Source: Trichoplax adhaerens (lineage: Eukaryota; Animalia; Placozoa). From it: a stretch of 64,000 nt of DNA. Positions 63,851 through 64,000 of this stretch are shown in pieces. The first letter of the stretch is position 1. The number at the start of each line of letters is the position of its first letter. Location of the stretch: positions 558,001-622,000 of the forward strand of contig NW_002060954.1 of the NCBI RefSeq assembly GCF_000150275.1, read 5' to 3'. The notes beneath the pieces were generated by a model, which was not told the origin of the DNA, searched no databases, and worked only from the letters and a program-made list of their open reading frames with translations. The translations under genes and the position numbers were made by a program.

Positions 63851-64000
63851 TTGTTAAATAAATGAACGTTAATTATTGCCAACAAATCACTGTCCATTAT
63901 TACGTAACCAGGACTGCGTCATCTCGGCGCCGTATCTAGTAATCCGGTAATCATTCCCGTAAGTGTTTTAAAATGATACGACGCATCGTACAAAAACTTG

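Overview
AT-rich eukaryotic (animal) genomic DNA with compact genes and many short GT-AG introns of roughly 65-150 nt. The style suggests an early-branching metazoan such as a placozoan (Trichoplax-like); this is an inference. The ORF track only shows exon fragments, so gene models were rebuilt by reading splice sites and phases by hand. Eight protein-coding genes are supported: ANAPC11 (-), a PRR11-like poly-Pro/WH2 protein (+), MFSD13A/TMEM180 (-), TRAPPC11 (+), a GPI-anchored LRR protein that the ORF track almost misses (+), GPR143/OA1 (+), a TRAFD1/XAF1-like zinc-finger protein (-) and BRIP1/FANCJ (-). The LRR gene has 19 symmetric one-repeat cassette exons and an LGR-like ectodomain but no 7TM. 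About 9 kb at the right end has no recognisable coding exons. Non-coding structure includes (TACAG/CTGTA)n arrays at the 5' ends of seven of the eight genes, a family of very short TIR elements with 7-8 bp target-site duplications, long hairpins and small tandem duplications. The most notable items are the modular GPI-LRR receptor, the promoter-marking pentamer arrays, the WCA-like PRR11 homologue, a CxxC...CxxC domain at the FANCJ C-terminus, and the mini-MITE family.
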